This document shows, in pieces, positions 26,901-43,255 of a DNA stretch of 64,000 nucleotides. Under the pieces are notes generated by a model. The model was not told where the DNA came from, did no database searches, and was given only the letters and a program-made list of their open reading frames with translations. Within the stretch, counting starts at the first letter, position 1; the number at the start of each line of letters is the position of its first letter. This DNA is from the human T2T-CHM13v2.0 reference genome, Homo sapiens, in the NCBI RefSeq assembly GCF_009914755.1, contig NC_060927.1. One strand, written 5' to 3'. A program made the translations under genes and the position numbers.

Positions 26901-29024
26901 GGTTGAGTCTTGTTTCCTCATGGCAGGAGTGAGGGAGCGGGTGATAAACACATCTGCGAGCCTTTCCGAGGCTCTCAGCCAGGAGCAGCAGTAGGCTGGC
27001 CCCATTGCTCCTGTCGGTTTCCCAGCCCTGCCATGCGTGGAGCCCATGGCAGCCTGTTGGGAGGGGGCTTCTGGGGTGGGGTCCCATGCCTTTGAGTAAA
27101 TGGCGTGTTGCAAAATCCTGGGGAACTGACTGGCACCGGTCGGAACAAGGAGTGGGTCATAGTCCCAATCGACAGATGTGGAAACTGAGGTCGCAAGAGG
27201 GGCTGGAACCCACAGCAGCTGGCGGCTGTCTTTGTTCCTGCCCTCGTCGGGGCCCTTGGGGTGTCCCATGGCAGCAAGTGAGGGACTGGCCACTTGGGGC
27301 TAGGCTGGAAGACCACCTCACCGTGCTCTGGCTGAGTGGTGTGTGTGGTCACTGACCTGAGTCCCCACAGGTCAGCTGGTACCCTCTCTGAGCCTCCATT
27401 TCCATCCCTGTAGCACAAAGGGGCGGGACGGGTGTGACTCAGCCCTTTCTCTGCATACACCGGGGAGTCCACAGTCCCACCTCTTGGCTCAGGAAATACA
27501 TAGTGTCTGTAGAAGTGCTTTTCTAGAAAGCCATCCCCAAAGGTCCTCCCTAACCAGAGAGCACTGGGCAGGCAGGAGGATGTATGGCCCTCTACTGAGC
27601 TTTCCTGAGATGGGAGGGCTGTTCCTGCTCAAAAACATCAGGTCAGGCCTGGCCTGCACTCCACTCATACCCAGCTCCTGACCCCACTCAAAGTAGCCCT
27701 CTGCCTCCCAAGGGTCTATGACTTCTGCCCCAGAACCATCAGTGGCTCCCCAGCAACCACAAGGCACTCATCCATTCACTCCATACATATTTGTAGAGTG
27801 CCTACTGTGTGCCACGCTCTGGAGTGCTGCTGTGTCTGAGACAGCCCAGGCCTCTGTCCTCGGTATGCTTAAAGTCTAGAGAGGGGAGAAAGCCACGGAA
27901 CAAGGCAAACTCGGAGAAAAGGCTAGGAAGGAATGTAAAGGGAAACCTCTCTGGGGAGAGGACATCATGGCTGAAACCTGAAGGACAAGGACATGGCAGC
28001 CACAGGCAGATCTGGGGGCAGAACACAAGGCTGCACTCTTCGGCCCCAACCTGCAGGGGTTCCCTTTTCAGGGCCTCACAGACTAGCCAGTGTGGTCCCT
28101 AACTGGCCCCCTGCCCCTACCTCTGGGTCTGTGTCCATTCCTCCCCCACTCACCAGATCTTGGCTGCTTCCACCTCCTTTCCCTGCCTAGCCAAACCTCG
28201 CTCATCTCTCGAGGCCTGTCTCCTCCAGGAAGCCCACTGAGATTGGTCTTACAGCCTCTGACAGTTCCCAGTGTCTGTGTTGCCCACGGGCTCATGGCAG
28301 TATGACAGAGCAACAGCCACAAGCCTCATGCCCAGTGGAGCTGTGTGGCTCACAGAACACACTCCCACGGGATCCATCCTGACCCTGACTTGCTGCGGGC
28401 CACGTGCTATTCTCTCCTTTAATTCTCACCATGGCCCAGCCAGGGAGCCGTGGGTGAGGAAATTGAGGCTGGGAGAGGGAAGCCACGTGTCCTCCTCCTG
28501 TCTGCCTCAAGGAAGTGAGGGCTTCAAGGCAGGAGGGAGCCTGGGACCTGGGACCTGCAGGGTGATTGGACCACAAAAACAGGGAGGAGGGAGCAGCTGG
28601 GACCACTGCAGGGATGCACCACCCTGGGCAGGAGCTCCCAGCCATGAGACTAGACAGGCAGGGCCTGGTAATTTCCCCCAGGACACCATCCTGGGGCAGA
28701 CCAGGTGAGCAATTCCCCTGTGTGACTCACCAAGGCCACCTGTGAGGCTCTGACACACAGGATGTGGCCAGAAGCCTGAGAAGAGGGAGGAAGGGAAGGA
28801 GGGACGGAGGGAAGGAGGGAGGGAGGGAGAGAAAAAAGGAGGGAGAGAGGCAGGAAGGGAGCAAGGGAGAAAGGCTAATTTGGTCCCTCCCAAGGATAAG
28901 AGTTCACATCTGTCCCTCTTTCCATCTTGCTGAGTAACATTCAATCCGTCTTAAGGGAGACTCAATTATCCAACCTCTTCAGTAACTGACAAGCTTCGTG
29001 CCATACACAAATCCTGACCAGCTA

Positions 29025-29474
<450 letters not shown>

Positions 29475-31174
29475 TCAGGTCCCAAGCATCTGAGAGGAGG
29501 CTGGGCCTGACTGAAGAGTGAGGCTGAGCTCAATGCAATGGCTCTCCAAAGCTCGACTGAGTACCCGTTCCTAACTTCCAACAAAGCTCCCTTTTAGGGT
29601 GATGAGCTGAGCACCTCCCATTACACACACATCCATTCAACCCCAGAACCTGGGGAGTCAACTGGGCAGTAAAGGAGGAAGGTATGTGGGCTGGTTGCCC
29701 AGGATCTGGAAGGCCAGATGTGGGGGACCCCTCTAGCCCATCAGTCCCCACTCCCCACTCCTGAGCACACTTGACGTAACCATGTAAACTGCACACGTGC
29801 ATAAAGCTCACAGCATCGTAAAGCAGCGTTTCCCCAACACCCACAGAGGACACTGGCTCTGGGGCCAGAAGGCCTGAGTTTAAATCCCAGGAACATCAAT
29901 CCCTGGATCTGTGACTATTGGCCAAGGACTACTCCTCCCTGCATCTCAGTCTCTCTGGCTGTAAAATGGGGACATATCATTGGTACCTTTCTCATGGCAA
30001 TGAGGGAGAATAAGAGTTTGTCCATGGAAAGCTCTTGGCCCCATGTTTCATTCATGGAACCTGACTGCACCCTACCTCTTGTTTTCGTGGCCACTACTAC
30101 TCTTTCTGTGTGTCACCTGCTATTTCAGATGTCCATCCCCTCCCTTCTTCTGTGGCCCCCTCACTGGACTGTGAGTATCTCCAGTGGTAGGGCAGGGTCC
30201 TGAGCAGCTGGGGTGCAGGAGACAGCGTGGGACAGGCAGTCACTCAGAGTTGGCCTAAATATGGTGCTGCCACCTCGCCTCTTAGCCTCTTTGGGCCTCA
30301 GTCTCCTCACCTGCAAAATGGGTTCAAGGGCTACGTCTGCTTTACAGGGTGAAGACTGACCAAAGCAACCTATGGGAAGCCCTGTGCGTGGTATAAGCCC
30401 TGAGGAGCACTGGGCAAGTTCACTCTCATGTAGCCTGGGTGGGTTTCAGGGAAGGCACCTGGAAGAAGAGGCCCTGGAACCCAGAGCAGGCAAAGGGGGG
30501 CCAGAGAAGGTGTTTCAGAATGCCAGGATGGAGACGGCTTAAGCAGCGAGTGAGGAGGCAGATGACTTGCTCCAAGTTGCTTCCAGCCTCAGGTCACTCT
30601 GTCCCATGCTCAGGGAGGTCCTTCCCCACCCACCTTCTCATTCGCCTTGGGACCTCCCTCCCCAGGAGGGGGAGACAGACACAAACAACTTGTCCCCCCA
30701 CCCCATCGCTGCCCTCCCACCCTGCAGAAGGTAGGCCTGTCCACCTGCTGGACTGGACAGCTTCCCCATGCCAGGGCTGTCTTTGCCGTGGCGTGCCATG
30801 CCAGCCCACCCATGGTGTCCCTGCTAACACAGAGGCTCTGGAGTCAGAATGCTTGGGCTCAAGTCCCAGCTCCGCCACTGACTGACTGGGACTTGGGCGA
30901 GCTCCTTCTCCTGTCCGCATCTCAGTCTGGAGAGTGCCAGCGCCTGCCTGACAGGAGCTGCTGAGAAGGTACAGGAGAAGGGGGCATGTCAAATGCAGAA
31001 ATGCATAGCCAGTGCCTGGCTCCACAAACATGAAACTTGGCACCAAGTGGAATGAAGCCCCTGGGGAACTCAGCTCAACTTTGGGGGTCGGGAAAGGGTA
31101 TTATTTTAGCACCTACCGGGCTCGCAACTCTCTGCATTAGTCATTTCCTTAGTACTAGAAAACATCTCTGAGGG

Positions 31175-31912
<738 letters not shown>

Positions 31913-34900
31913 TTAAGCCCATGAGGTGTCAGGAGACCAGGCTTTGAGTGCTGCTGAGGCAGGGCGTTGGTAAAGAGATAGAGCCTCATGGATAGATCCT
32001 CGGGCAAAGAAACGGCAGACAGACAGGAAAAGTCTGCACCTGTCCCCACCCTCCAGCAAAGCTAGACAGGCACACAGGTCCACACCAGCCAGCGCAGGAG
32101 GTGGGCAGGTGGGGTTGGAGGAAGCCAGAATCTCCTGGAAATTGATCGCCACTTCCTGCATTTGCATAGATTTGAGGCTCAAATATATCCCCCTGCATGC
32201 TCCAAGGGCTCCAAGGCAAGTGGGAAGACTCACCCCCGGTCCAGTGATTCCCCGAGAGCCTAGAGGAGCAAAGAGAAAGCTCTCCAACCCCAGGCACCAG
32301 CTCACACTCGAGAGTATCAAACTCACAAGAAAACCAAACCCTCAGGGAGACAGTCAATATCCAGAATAGACCCTCAAGGACGTGAGAGAAAAGGACAATC
32401 AGATGGAGGGCAGGGAAGAAATCTGTTCCACTGCTTTCCAGCTGTGTGACCTTGGGTGAGTCACCTAACCTCTCTGTGCTCCAGTTCCCCCATTGTAAAA
32501 TGTGATGATAAAAATTAACAATGGTAGAGCACTTAGCACAGAGGTTGGCATGAGGAAGTGGCCCCAAATGCTCCAATTATAACAATTCTTATCTATGATG
32601 GAGGTAACAAGTCTCTACAAGTACAAGAGGGCTGAGAGGTAAGGAGTAGGGCTTTTCTTTTACAATCGAAGACACAAAGGCTTTTGGCTTGCCTGGGACA
32701 CCCAACATGTGGGCAGCAGAGCTGAGCTGCAGACCCGGCCTCTGGGCACCCCATGTAGACCAAGAACTGCCCCCAGGGATGAAATGATTCCCAGGTGCAG
32801 TGGGCAGGCACCACCGGCAGGCTCCAGCCATTGATGGGAGACTGTGTCCTCTTTATCAGACCAAGAATGGAGTTTGCGAATCAAGGCGGGGCAGAAAGCC
32901 TGGCCTGTCCTCAAAGACTGGCCCCTCTCCCTTGGTTTCTCCCTGGGGAAGGGGCAGGAGGCAGAGGAGGGGGCTGTCAGCCCAAGACTCCTGTGGTAAT
33001 TTCGTGTGTCCTCTGCTCTACAGCCCAGTGGTGACCGTCCCTGGGTCTCTCAGTCTCTGGAGCAGTGCATGATGGTGCAGATGGTGAGAAATGGACAGCT
33101 AACCACAGATGGCTTCCACCCACTCACCATTTCCATCCCACCCCTGAGGTGGGGAAGGGCAGCTGCACCTTGGGGCACATTTCACCCCCCCGAGCTCCAG
33201 ATGGAGAGCTTTCTTCCCCACAGCCCAGAGTGAGGTCTCATCAAGTGCCATGGCCTTCCCCTCCCCACCAAGCTGGGCTTCCTCAGCACCCACTGCCCCT
33301 GACAAGCGAAGGCTGTAGTCAAGACACCGATGAGGGCCAGTCATTCTTGGCTTCAGAGCTCTCAGGGACCCAGGTACTGGCTGGTAAAGTCCAGTCCTTC
33401 TGGATGTGGAAGAGTCACTTTTGACTCTTGCCATTAACTTTGACGTTGGCCTTACCTGCCCACATTAGACTGGGATGATCCAATCCCACTCCACCCCCAC
33501 ACTACCATGGAGGAAACTACCCTGGGCATCCAGCTGGCTGTGTGACTAACGTCAGGGCTGTTAACCTCTTTGACCCTTCGTTGCTTCCTCTGTGAAATGG
33601 GTACAATTACACAGCACCTATGTGTCTAAGTGAACTGAATTACAAAACAAGGGGTGTTGAGCGGTGCTGAGCACAGTGCCTGGCATGCCGTGAGTGCTCA
33701 GTAAACATCAGCCGTTGCGTTGTAGTTTTGTTGTTGTTACTATCACCGAGTCCCATTTCACAATGTCCTGAAGGTCACAGCAGAGAGGCAAGTATGTGAG
33801 GCTGATCCAGTGTTTGTCTGCCCAGGCAAATTTAAGGTTTACAAGATGACAGGGACCATATCTGTCACTCCCACCGTCTCCAACCTCCTCCAAAATGTGT
33901 GAGGGGTGAGACAGACCTGAGTCCTAATTTCAACCCTGCCAAAAGCTGTGTGACCTTGGGCAAGTCACTTAACCTCTCTGAGCCTCCATTTCCTCATCTG
34001 TTATTAGCACCTACCCTGTAGGAAGAGGTAGACATCACCTGGCACCTAGCAGGTACTTAAACAAATAGTAGTGAGCATTATAATTATAATAATTGATGAA
34101 ATTATAGGTGCCACTGGGTGGTACAGAGAAGAACTTGCCCTGCATCTGTTTTATCCATGGCCCTTATTGCTCCCTGCCATTTTAGACTTAGCTGCTGATT
34201 ATCTGTTCCCCATACCAGCCCTACCACCATGACCCCTGTCCCTCTCGGATATAATTGCTTTGAAGATAAGCACTTTGTCATGGCCCTTGCTGTGTCCTCA
34301 GGGCCTGGCACAGAGTAGGTACCCAGTAAATAGCAGTGGAATGAATAAATGAATGAAAGAAAGCTCTGACTTGGTCTCCACAGACTGTGTGCCTTCAACC
34401 ACATGGTCTTTCTTGGGTGCTTTTTGTTTGCCAGACTCCATGCTCAGCATGTTAGAAGAGAATGCCCATCTATTCCCTAGGAAAGCAACCCTCAAGGGAG
34501 GTAATAACAGCCTCTCTGCTTTACAGATGGGGGAACTGAGGCTCCAAGAGGATCTAACCAGGCAGGTGTGGAACCTGTGATAAACTCCAGCCCCTTATAG
34601 CCCATCTCCTAGCCCATTCATCAAATCAAGACTGCCCCAAGGCATGAGCACAGAGTTAGCCAGACACTTGGGTTTTTTTTTTTAAGGAAGATGGGAAAGA
34701 GTAGAGAGAAGGTAACATTTGTTGGGCACCTCCTAGGTTCCGGACCCATGCTTGGTCCTCTGTGAAGGTGTTTCACAACATTCCCCAGTGTAGATGTCAT
34801 TCCCCATGGTTTTACAGTTGAGGAAATGGAGGCTCTGAGTTAGAGTGATTTGCTGAGGTCACCCAGCTAGAAACTGGCCAGAACTGGAATTCAAGGCCCA

Positions 34901-37900
34901 AGTTGGTCAGTGTCCTTCCTCAGCCCCACCCCAGCTCCCTTCCTGGCCCACCAGTGCATGGAAACCCCATGGTTAGAGATTCTTCTGGCTTAAGACATCA
35001 ACTCTTGTCAGAATGCACTTACTTCTAAAACGAGATGGCATTCAGTTGTTATCAATTAAAACTTATCAATAAATAATTTATCAAAACCATTCAAATCGGA
35101 TGGCTTGCTGAGCTGAGGACAGGGTTTGATGGTAGAAAGCAGAAAAGCCTCCTGGAATCTTAAAATAAATCTCAGACTCCATCCATGTCTGCTTCCTTTA
35201 CTCATCCTAGGTAAGATAGGGAAACTGAGGCTTGGGGAGATGAGGTGACTTGCCCAGGAAGAGTTAGGATGCAAATCTGGAGGTCACCTGCTGTGCCTAA
35301 CCACTCCAGAGAACTCCCTTGGACCCTGGTCATGCTCACTGCTCCGAGAACAGCCCTTCTCTCAGCTGTACGGGGAAGCCCCTTCATTCAGGTGGGTAAT
35401 TTCCCGAATGCCTAAGATAAATGCCTCATTTATCTTAGGAGACACCTGCAAGGGTGGTCTGTTCTATTGCTGTGGAAATGGGATGAGATCATATGTCCAA
35501 TGACATATAGTACATAAAAAGCTGAGCAAAGACATACAAAATGTTTCTTATTCACCAGGCTCTGTTCTAAGCACTGAATATAGATCTACAATATATGGCA
35601 ACAACGTGGGAGGTGGGGGCTGCTATTATCTCCATTTTACAGATGCAGAAACTGAGGCCCATGTGATACAACCTGTAAGGACTCAAACTCGTACAGCTGG
35701 CCCCAGAGTTTGACCCACTCCCTTGCCTCAAGGTTTTGAAAACCATTCCAGTCCTACTGACTCCAGGCCTACATTCTTGCCCAGATCATCCATGTGGAGC
35801 CTGTGAGTGAACCCTGGGCTTGGCCACCATGGCCTGTGTGCCCTCCAGGATCAGATCCTCCACCCCTGGCAGTGGGGACAGTCTGCTGTGAAGGACCTGC
35901 CCCTCCCTCCTGCCCAGGAGCAGAGGAAGAACCTCCCTCAAATCCTGCCTTCCCCTCCACCTCCCTGACCAAGCCGTCTGTTCCTTCACTCATCAGATAT
36001 TTCTTGAGCATCTACTATGTGCCAGGCACTGTTCTAGGGCATGAGGAAACTCAGATGAGGAGTTCAGACATGGCTTTGCCTTCGTAGAAGGACAGGCAGT
36101 AGGATCATGCCACTCCGTGGCAGCTGAGGACTTTGAAGAAGGTGACACAGGGCAGTGATGGGAGTGGGGATATCTGGGGTGGTGCCTTGAGTGGGGAGGT
36201 CATGAGGCTCTCTAGGGGCAAAGAAGGCATCAGGCCAAGGGGTAGCCTGAGTGATGGCCCTGGTGTGGTGTGGTCAGCTAGTGGCGGGAGCAGGTGAGCC
36301 AGGGCGGCACCGGAGGAGGTGAGGCTGTGGGCGGGTGTGGATTCTGCCAGCCCTTCCTCTCCCCAGAATCAGAGAAGAGATTCCTAGAGCCACAGAAACA
36401 AAGCCAGGGGGCTCCTACTGGAATGATAGCTTCAAGGAGAATGGGAGACTTGCTCAAGGTCACCAGTGACTCAGCAAGACCAGAAGATCCCCTGGCTCCC
36501 TCACCTCCCCCATGCCCTCCTTACCTCTCAATCCATCCACATCTCCAGGTAAACTTTTCATCCAGAAGCCAAGAGACCTTCCCTCCTGTGATATCCCAGG
36601 TGACTTCAGCTCAGAACTCAGATAAGACAAAACCCGTCAGTCCCTCCTGTCTACTTCTCATTCACTGGGGGAGCCCCAAGCAAGGACTCTGCCTCTCTGA
36701 GTCTCAGCTTCCCCATCTGTGAAGTGGGAACCCTTAGGAGGACATTGCCAAGTTGTGAAAATTAAATGAGACCACTGTGGAATGAAGCCTCTATGGAGCT
36801 CCCAGAAGGTGCTGGATAAAGAACGATACATATTATCACTGAGACGAAAATGGGGAGCCCAGCTGACGCCCTCTGTGGTTCCAGCTCCATAACGATCCCA
36901 GCGGGTACAGAGGAAATAAACTGATGTCCAAGCCTGCCCAAAAGATTCCATTCCACCGCCCTGTGTAGCCACTGTAAATGGTTTGCACCGGAATATTATC
37001 TGGGTGTATTTACGGTATCTTACTGGAAACCACAAAGTGCATTGTATTTTTTTTTCTTTTGCTATTTAAAGCCAATGGGTCAGAGAGCAAGCAATCTGCA
37101 GTGACACAAGCTGAAATATATGATTTGGAAAATATACAGATGGAAAAAGGTTGCGCTTGCCAGCCCCGTGGCATGGCAGTTCATAGCCCCTCTGGGCTCA
37201 GAATGCCACATGGGGCTGTCTCACCAAGAGGAACCAGGGAGCCTCTCAATGAATAACTGGAAGATTTGGGGGTGCAGGGAGCTGTGTCTGGGCGGAGCTT
37301 GGTAAGGTAACAGGCCCACAGCTCGGGAAACTGGGGAGGGGTGTGTGCAAGCCCCAGCCTCTGTCTTTCTCCATCCAAGGGTCTCTCTTCCCACTGAGCA
37401 AGGCCAGAGCACACTGCTGACCACTTGCCAATGGTCAGCATCTACTCCTTCCTGGCTTCACGCCTTTGCACATGCTGTTCCCTCAGCCTGCAATTGTCTT
37501 TCTTATTCCATCTGCCTGCTAAGGGGCAGTGAATGTAGCCCAGGAAGTTTTAAAACAGAGCCCTGGAGGTGGATAAATCTGGGTTCACATCCTGACCCCC
37601 TCTTCCTGACAGCGGGACCTTGAATGAGCTAACTCACCTCTCAAGGCCTCAGTTTCCTCATTTGTAAAGTGGGAATACAAAATGTCTACCTCCCAGGGTT
37701 GTTGGGAGGATTAAATAAGCCAATGCACATGACAAGCTCAGCCCGCACTTGGTAAGGGATCGATAAACAGTAGCTCTTACTAGATGCGTTATTGGTTAGC
37801 ACCTTATCCATCAAGCCATGGCTCCCAAGTTCCCTACTCTGAGGGGCCTCCCAGATGTCCCCTCCCTCCACCTGTGGCCCAGCACCCTGTCCATCCTTAC

Positions 37901-40900
37901 TTTGTATTGAATTGAATGATCAGTCTCTCGCCACTAGGTTGTGGGGACCTGGATTATTTATCTGTGAAGCCTCAACAGTTGAATGAATGAATGAATGTGC
38001 ATGTGAAAGCAAGTGTGTGTGTGTGTATGTGTATGTGTGTGTGTGTATGTGTATATGTGTGTGTGTGTCTGCATGTTGCATGCGCACGCACGCCTGCCTG
38101 CCTGCCTGTCTACCACATGAAAGCTGGGAAGAGAACATTATAACAAAAGAGTCATCTCAGAGAATAGTGTCAGGAGAGCTAAAACCCAGGATGAACTGAG
38201 GCTTGCAAAAAAAAAATGCAAACGAGACAAAAAGTCCTTTGTTAGCTGCATTCTAAGCAAGAATAAGGAAAGAATAGGTCTTTTGCTTGGGCAAGATGGC
38301 GTATTGTTAAGAAATGGCAGAGAGAAAATGGAGCTGGCCCGCCCCTTGCTTCTGTCTCTCTCACTGGAAAGGTCTTCAAATCCATCCTTCTAAGCATTCA
38401 CCAGCTCACCAGACATGTGTTGCACTCTCACAGCCCTAGATGGGTAAAATGATGGAGTCCTTTTTGCAGAGTGTGGGGATCCCCAGACATGGGACCCTCA
38501 GCCCAGGCAGTCACCTTGGGGAGAGGAGAGAGCTGCTCAAGTGACTGCCCAAGAGAAGTGGTGACAAATTCTACAGAGGCAGAAGCCCAGAAATGCATCA
38601 GAGTTTCCCAGATTGTAGACAGAGGAGGGTGGACTCCAGGGGTTGACTCCTAGGTCATTTGTGCCCATCCCTGGAAAAATTCCGGCAGGGGGGTACCAAA
38701 CAGGAGGTCGTGAGCATGTGGAAAAGAATGCACCCATCCCCAGGAGCACATGGCGGGAAATCACCATTTCTTTGCCGATGATAATGCTGGAGACATAGCA
38801 ATGTTCTGTGTGTGCAAAGAATTTGATTATCTTCCTACATCCTGTCTCTCCTCTGATTAAATACCTCTGACAACTTCCCTCCCAAGCAAACCCCCTGAGT
38901 CTGGTCCCAAAACCCTGCAGGATGCCTGGTCCCACCTCTTTCCCCAGCCTCTTCTACCCTCCCTACGCTACGCCCTGCAGTCCCTCGTGCCAAGCCACTC
39001 TGGATCCCAGGGCTCCTGTCTGCGTCGCCCAGCCAAGCCCTTCCTGCTGCCACTCCCCTTCCCCTCCTGGGTTGTGGACGGCCCCTACTTCAGGTGACCC
39101 ATGTGGGCAGCTTCTGTGCTCATCTCCCAGTGCCTGTTTCTCTTCCACTAGATCCTCAGAGCACTTTTCAGCCTTGACTTCCCAGTTTGTCCCCACCAGA
39201 TAGCAAGTGCCCCAGACAGAGCCTGCACCCCAGCATTTACTGCAGAGATTCTAGTAAATATCTGTGGGATGAGGACGTGAATAAATGAGTGGACATACAA
39301 GTGGGGGAGTCTTATCCCATGAACATTTAACTTCCATAAATTGAACCAAATGTACCAGAAAAAAATTAAAATATTATATACTTATATTGTGGATATATAC
39401 TCTTCATTCTATACACTGTGTTGTCGCATATACATTTTACATGTATGTGCATGCTTTCCTGTACTTGTATGGAAACTCAGGCATTCTGAATTTTATGCAT
39501 GATTGAAGGGACTTTCAATGGTAATGTGGATTAGAATGGATTTCGCTGCCCATGGCAATGTCCGAAGCGAGGATGTGCCTCTTCTGTACCCTTGGGGAAA
39601 GATATGGAAATTGGTGGTGGGTGGATATACTTTTTGGTAGATTCCAAGTTGACCTATAAACCACATTCTGAGTATGGTCAAGCTGTGAGGGTCTCCAGGG
39701 TGATATTCCCCAGTGTGTGTGCCCCTAAGAGCAGCTCCACTGGGCAGTCAGTGAGTCCAAGGATGGAAATGAGTGGACCCTCTAGATTGAGTCAGCTCAA
39801 GCTGCTGTCTTATCTACAGGACATTTCAGCACCTTTAATATGCCGGCAGGCACCCTGACTCTCCAGGAGCAGGGAGTATAACATGCTGAGTTCCCCCATT
39901 TTATTGTCCAAGGGAATGTCCTTTTCTCCCCGGGGCAGCTGGCAGTAGGCGGCGGGTGGAGCCTGGGAACGGGCACAGCTCCTCTTGAATCATGCCACAG
40001 GGGTCTTTCCTAGGCACTAGACCTAGTCAACATTTTTATCCCATTTTGAGCCAATGCAGAGATGGACAGGATAGCTAACAGGATGGTTGATCAAATTGAC
40101 ATTAAAAAGATCTTGATGAGTGAGGCTGCCCAGCTAGAATGGAGCTCAATGAAAATGTGCAGACATGAACGTGCAGTTTTGTATTTGGGGTGAGAAGTAA
40201 ACAGCCGTCACTCATGCAACAGAGAAAACGGAGCACCTGCTGTGCATGAGGTGCTCCCCAGACCCGTCATTCGGAAGATAAACAAGGCCAGGCCTGTCCT
40301 CAAGGGCTCGGAGCAACTGGGGCCACACAAGGTAGAAAGGAGCTGGCCTGCCTGGGGGCCATACACTTCTTCACGTGTTCCATGAGGACCTACTGTGTGC
40401 CAGGCCCCAGGACACATGCTGGCGGTCTGGGGAGAAGAGGATCAGCAGATCTGGGCCCCATGGAGCCTCATGATGGCAGAGAAGACTAATGTCAGATGGG
40501 TTCTTGCAAAAGTAAACAAAGTCACTTCCAAAAGTGGTAAGTGCTGCAAAGACAACAGTGCAGGGTGCCCTGTCAGGGAAGGGTGGAGGGTGCTGTCTTG
40601 GACAGGATGGTCCAGGAAGACCTCCTGGAGGAGGTGGCCTTTGAGTGGAGACCTGCATATGCAGGATATGACAGGTTGCCCACTATCACTCAGCTGCATC
40701 TCCCAAGTACCCTCTGTGCCATCTCCTGCTGCAGAGAGGAGTTGGGGCAGGGGGCTGCTCTGGTACCTGTGATGTCCCTACATCCACTGAGCACCTCCAC
40801 AGGGACTGTGCCCTCCATGTGCCAGGCACTGGGTCAGAGGCCCCTGCTCCCTCACAGAGCTGCCTTCTGGCCAGAAAGACAGACAATAATAACAACACAG

Positions 40901-42242
40901 CTACGATGTATGGGGCACTTCCTGTGTGCCAGGCACAGTTCTGAGTGCAGTAATTAACCTCATCCTCTCGCCACCTGTGGGAATGGTGCCATTATCACTC
41001 CCGTTTGGTCAAGGCCCACTGTTGGTAAATGACCAAGCAGTAAGCTTCAGGGCTGAACCACTACACAGCGCTGCACAGATGAGCAAGTTACAGAGAATAC
41101 ATCCTGGAGTAACAAAGTGACATAAAGAAAATGCTACACAGTGAGAGCGGACAAGGACAGGCAGTGTACACTAGAGAGGGGGTAATGAAGGCTTCTCCGA
41201 GGGGCTGACAGGTGAGTAGAGGATAGAAAGACAGAGGGAGCGAGCCAAGCTGGCAAAGAGCATCCAGGCAGAGGGAACAGTGAGGGAAAGGCCCTGAGGT
41301 GGGAGGGACTTTGGCAGAGGTCCATAAAGGAGCAGGGGATGGGTGTGCGTTTTATTCTCAGAACAACAGGAAACCGCGGGAGGGTTTTACACAGCAGGAT
41401 GCCACACGGAGCAACACGGAGAAGATGTCATGCTGGATGGCTGCGTGGGTTGCAGGATGAAAGGGAGGAGGTGGAGTGCATTTGGAGGTTGATGTCATTG
41501 TCCAGGCAACAAGTATCTGAAGATGGCGGTTTGAATCAGGAGGTGGTGGTGAAGGTGGTGAAAACTGGACAGATTGGGGGATATAGTTTGGAGGTAGAGT
41601 CAAAATGGTCAGCTTAGGATGGTAATCACTAAGAAAATCTAGAGCATGGGTCCCGGGTTCCTTGAGCTTGTGTTCATATGACACGGGCACACAGGCCTCC
41701 TGGAAGCGGGCAGGGGATGTCATCCAATGGATAACAATGAGCCAGGCTCTTACATCCCGTATCATGTAATGCCACTACCACCTAGCAAGGTGGGTGTGTG
41801 GCTCCCCCATTCTGCAGACTGTCAGAAAGGTGAAGTACTCACTTAAAGTCATCTGCAAGGTAAGGGTGGGGCTGGGATGCAAACCCGGCCATGTGACTCT
41901 GATTTCAGTACTCACTTGGCAGCCCCACACCTGCAGCAAGACAAGGGGTTCTCAAATACATGGCAGACTTGAGAATCTCTGGCAGGATCACACAAACAGA
42001 AGAATCCCTCTAGCAAGGGGGGACTCACAACTGATTTCAGCTCTGCCACAAAACAGCCACATGATCTTGGTCAGCCTCTGCCTGACTCTAAGCCTGTCTC
42101 CCAGGAATGAGACGGAGGTGGACACACTTTCTTTCAAGGGTGCCAAGGACCCAATGAAGTGACGGATGAGAAAGGGCTATCTTGGCTCCTGGTCCACACT
42201 GATCCTCAGTGAAAAGATACAAGATAGAGTGAAGCCTCCCAC

Positions 42243-42296
42243 AGCCCACTCACCCTGAGGAGCCCACTCACCCCAAGGAACCCACTCATCCCTAGG
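42243..42296 (+). repeat. 18-bp tandem repeat, 3 copies
   Basis: agcccactcaccctgagg / agcccactcaccccaagg / aacccactcatccctagg. Confidence 0.8.
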
Positions 42297-42823
42297 CATT
42301 ACCTGGTCTAACCCTGGTTTCCCTGCACTGTGACTACAACCACACTGGCCAAACCCAATGGGAGAACCCACAACCCAACAGAAAAATGGGGAAAAAGCAT
42401 GAAGAGGTAACTCGTGGAAGAGCGAACATGCACAGCCAGTAAATACAGGAAGATATTTCAACCTCATCACTTCTCAGGGAAGTGCAAATCAGGATGCTGT
42501 TAGATTGTCTTTCTCACCCACTCACTGGGCAGACATGCAGCTGGCCAGTCCCAGTGTTGGAGCTGTGCTTCCAGCGGGGGAGGAGCTTGGCACAATAGCA
42601 ATTCAATCCAACCAAAATGAAGTCATTTACTTTTGGGGAAGATCTCCATATGATACATTAAACATAAATAAGCAAGGGAATGGGAAACTCAAGATTCAAG
42701 GTAGGGAAAGTGTAGCCAGGGAGGGAGAGGCAGGGAAGACATGAGGGAGGCTCACAAACGTGGATGACAAGTTGTGTTGGGGGTAAATTCGAGGAAGGTC
42801 ACAATATTATTTAAGAAAAAAAT

Positions 42824-43086
42824 GGCCAGGTGCAGTGGCTCACACCTGTAATCCCATTGCTTTGGGAGGCCAAGGCAGGATTGCTTGAAGCTGGGAATTT
42901 GAGACCAACCTGGGCAACACAGTGAGACCCGTCTCTATAAGACAACAGAAAAGAATTAGCCAGGTGAGGTGGCGTGTGCCTGTAATCCCAGTGGAAGGAT
43001 TGCTTGAGCCCAGGAGGTGGAGGCTGCAGTGAGCTATATTTGCAGTGCTGCACTACAGCCTGGGTGACAGAGAGAGACCCTGTCAG
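42824..43086 (+). mobile_element. Alu (AluJ-like)
   Basis: ggccaggtgcagtggctcacacctgtaatccc...ggattgcttgagcccaggagg...gagaccctgtc, showing J-type features and an internal deletion. Confidence 0.9.
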
Positions 43087-43192
43087 AAAAGGAAAGAACA
43101 AAAGAAAGAAAGAAAGAAAGAGAGAGAGAAAGAAAGGTGGGAGGGAGGGAAGGGAAGGGAAGGGAAGAAGGGGGAGAGAGAGAGAGAGAGAG

Positions 43193-43255
<63 letters not shown>
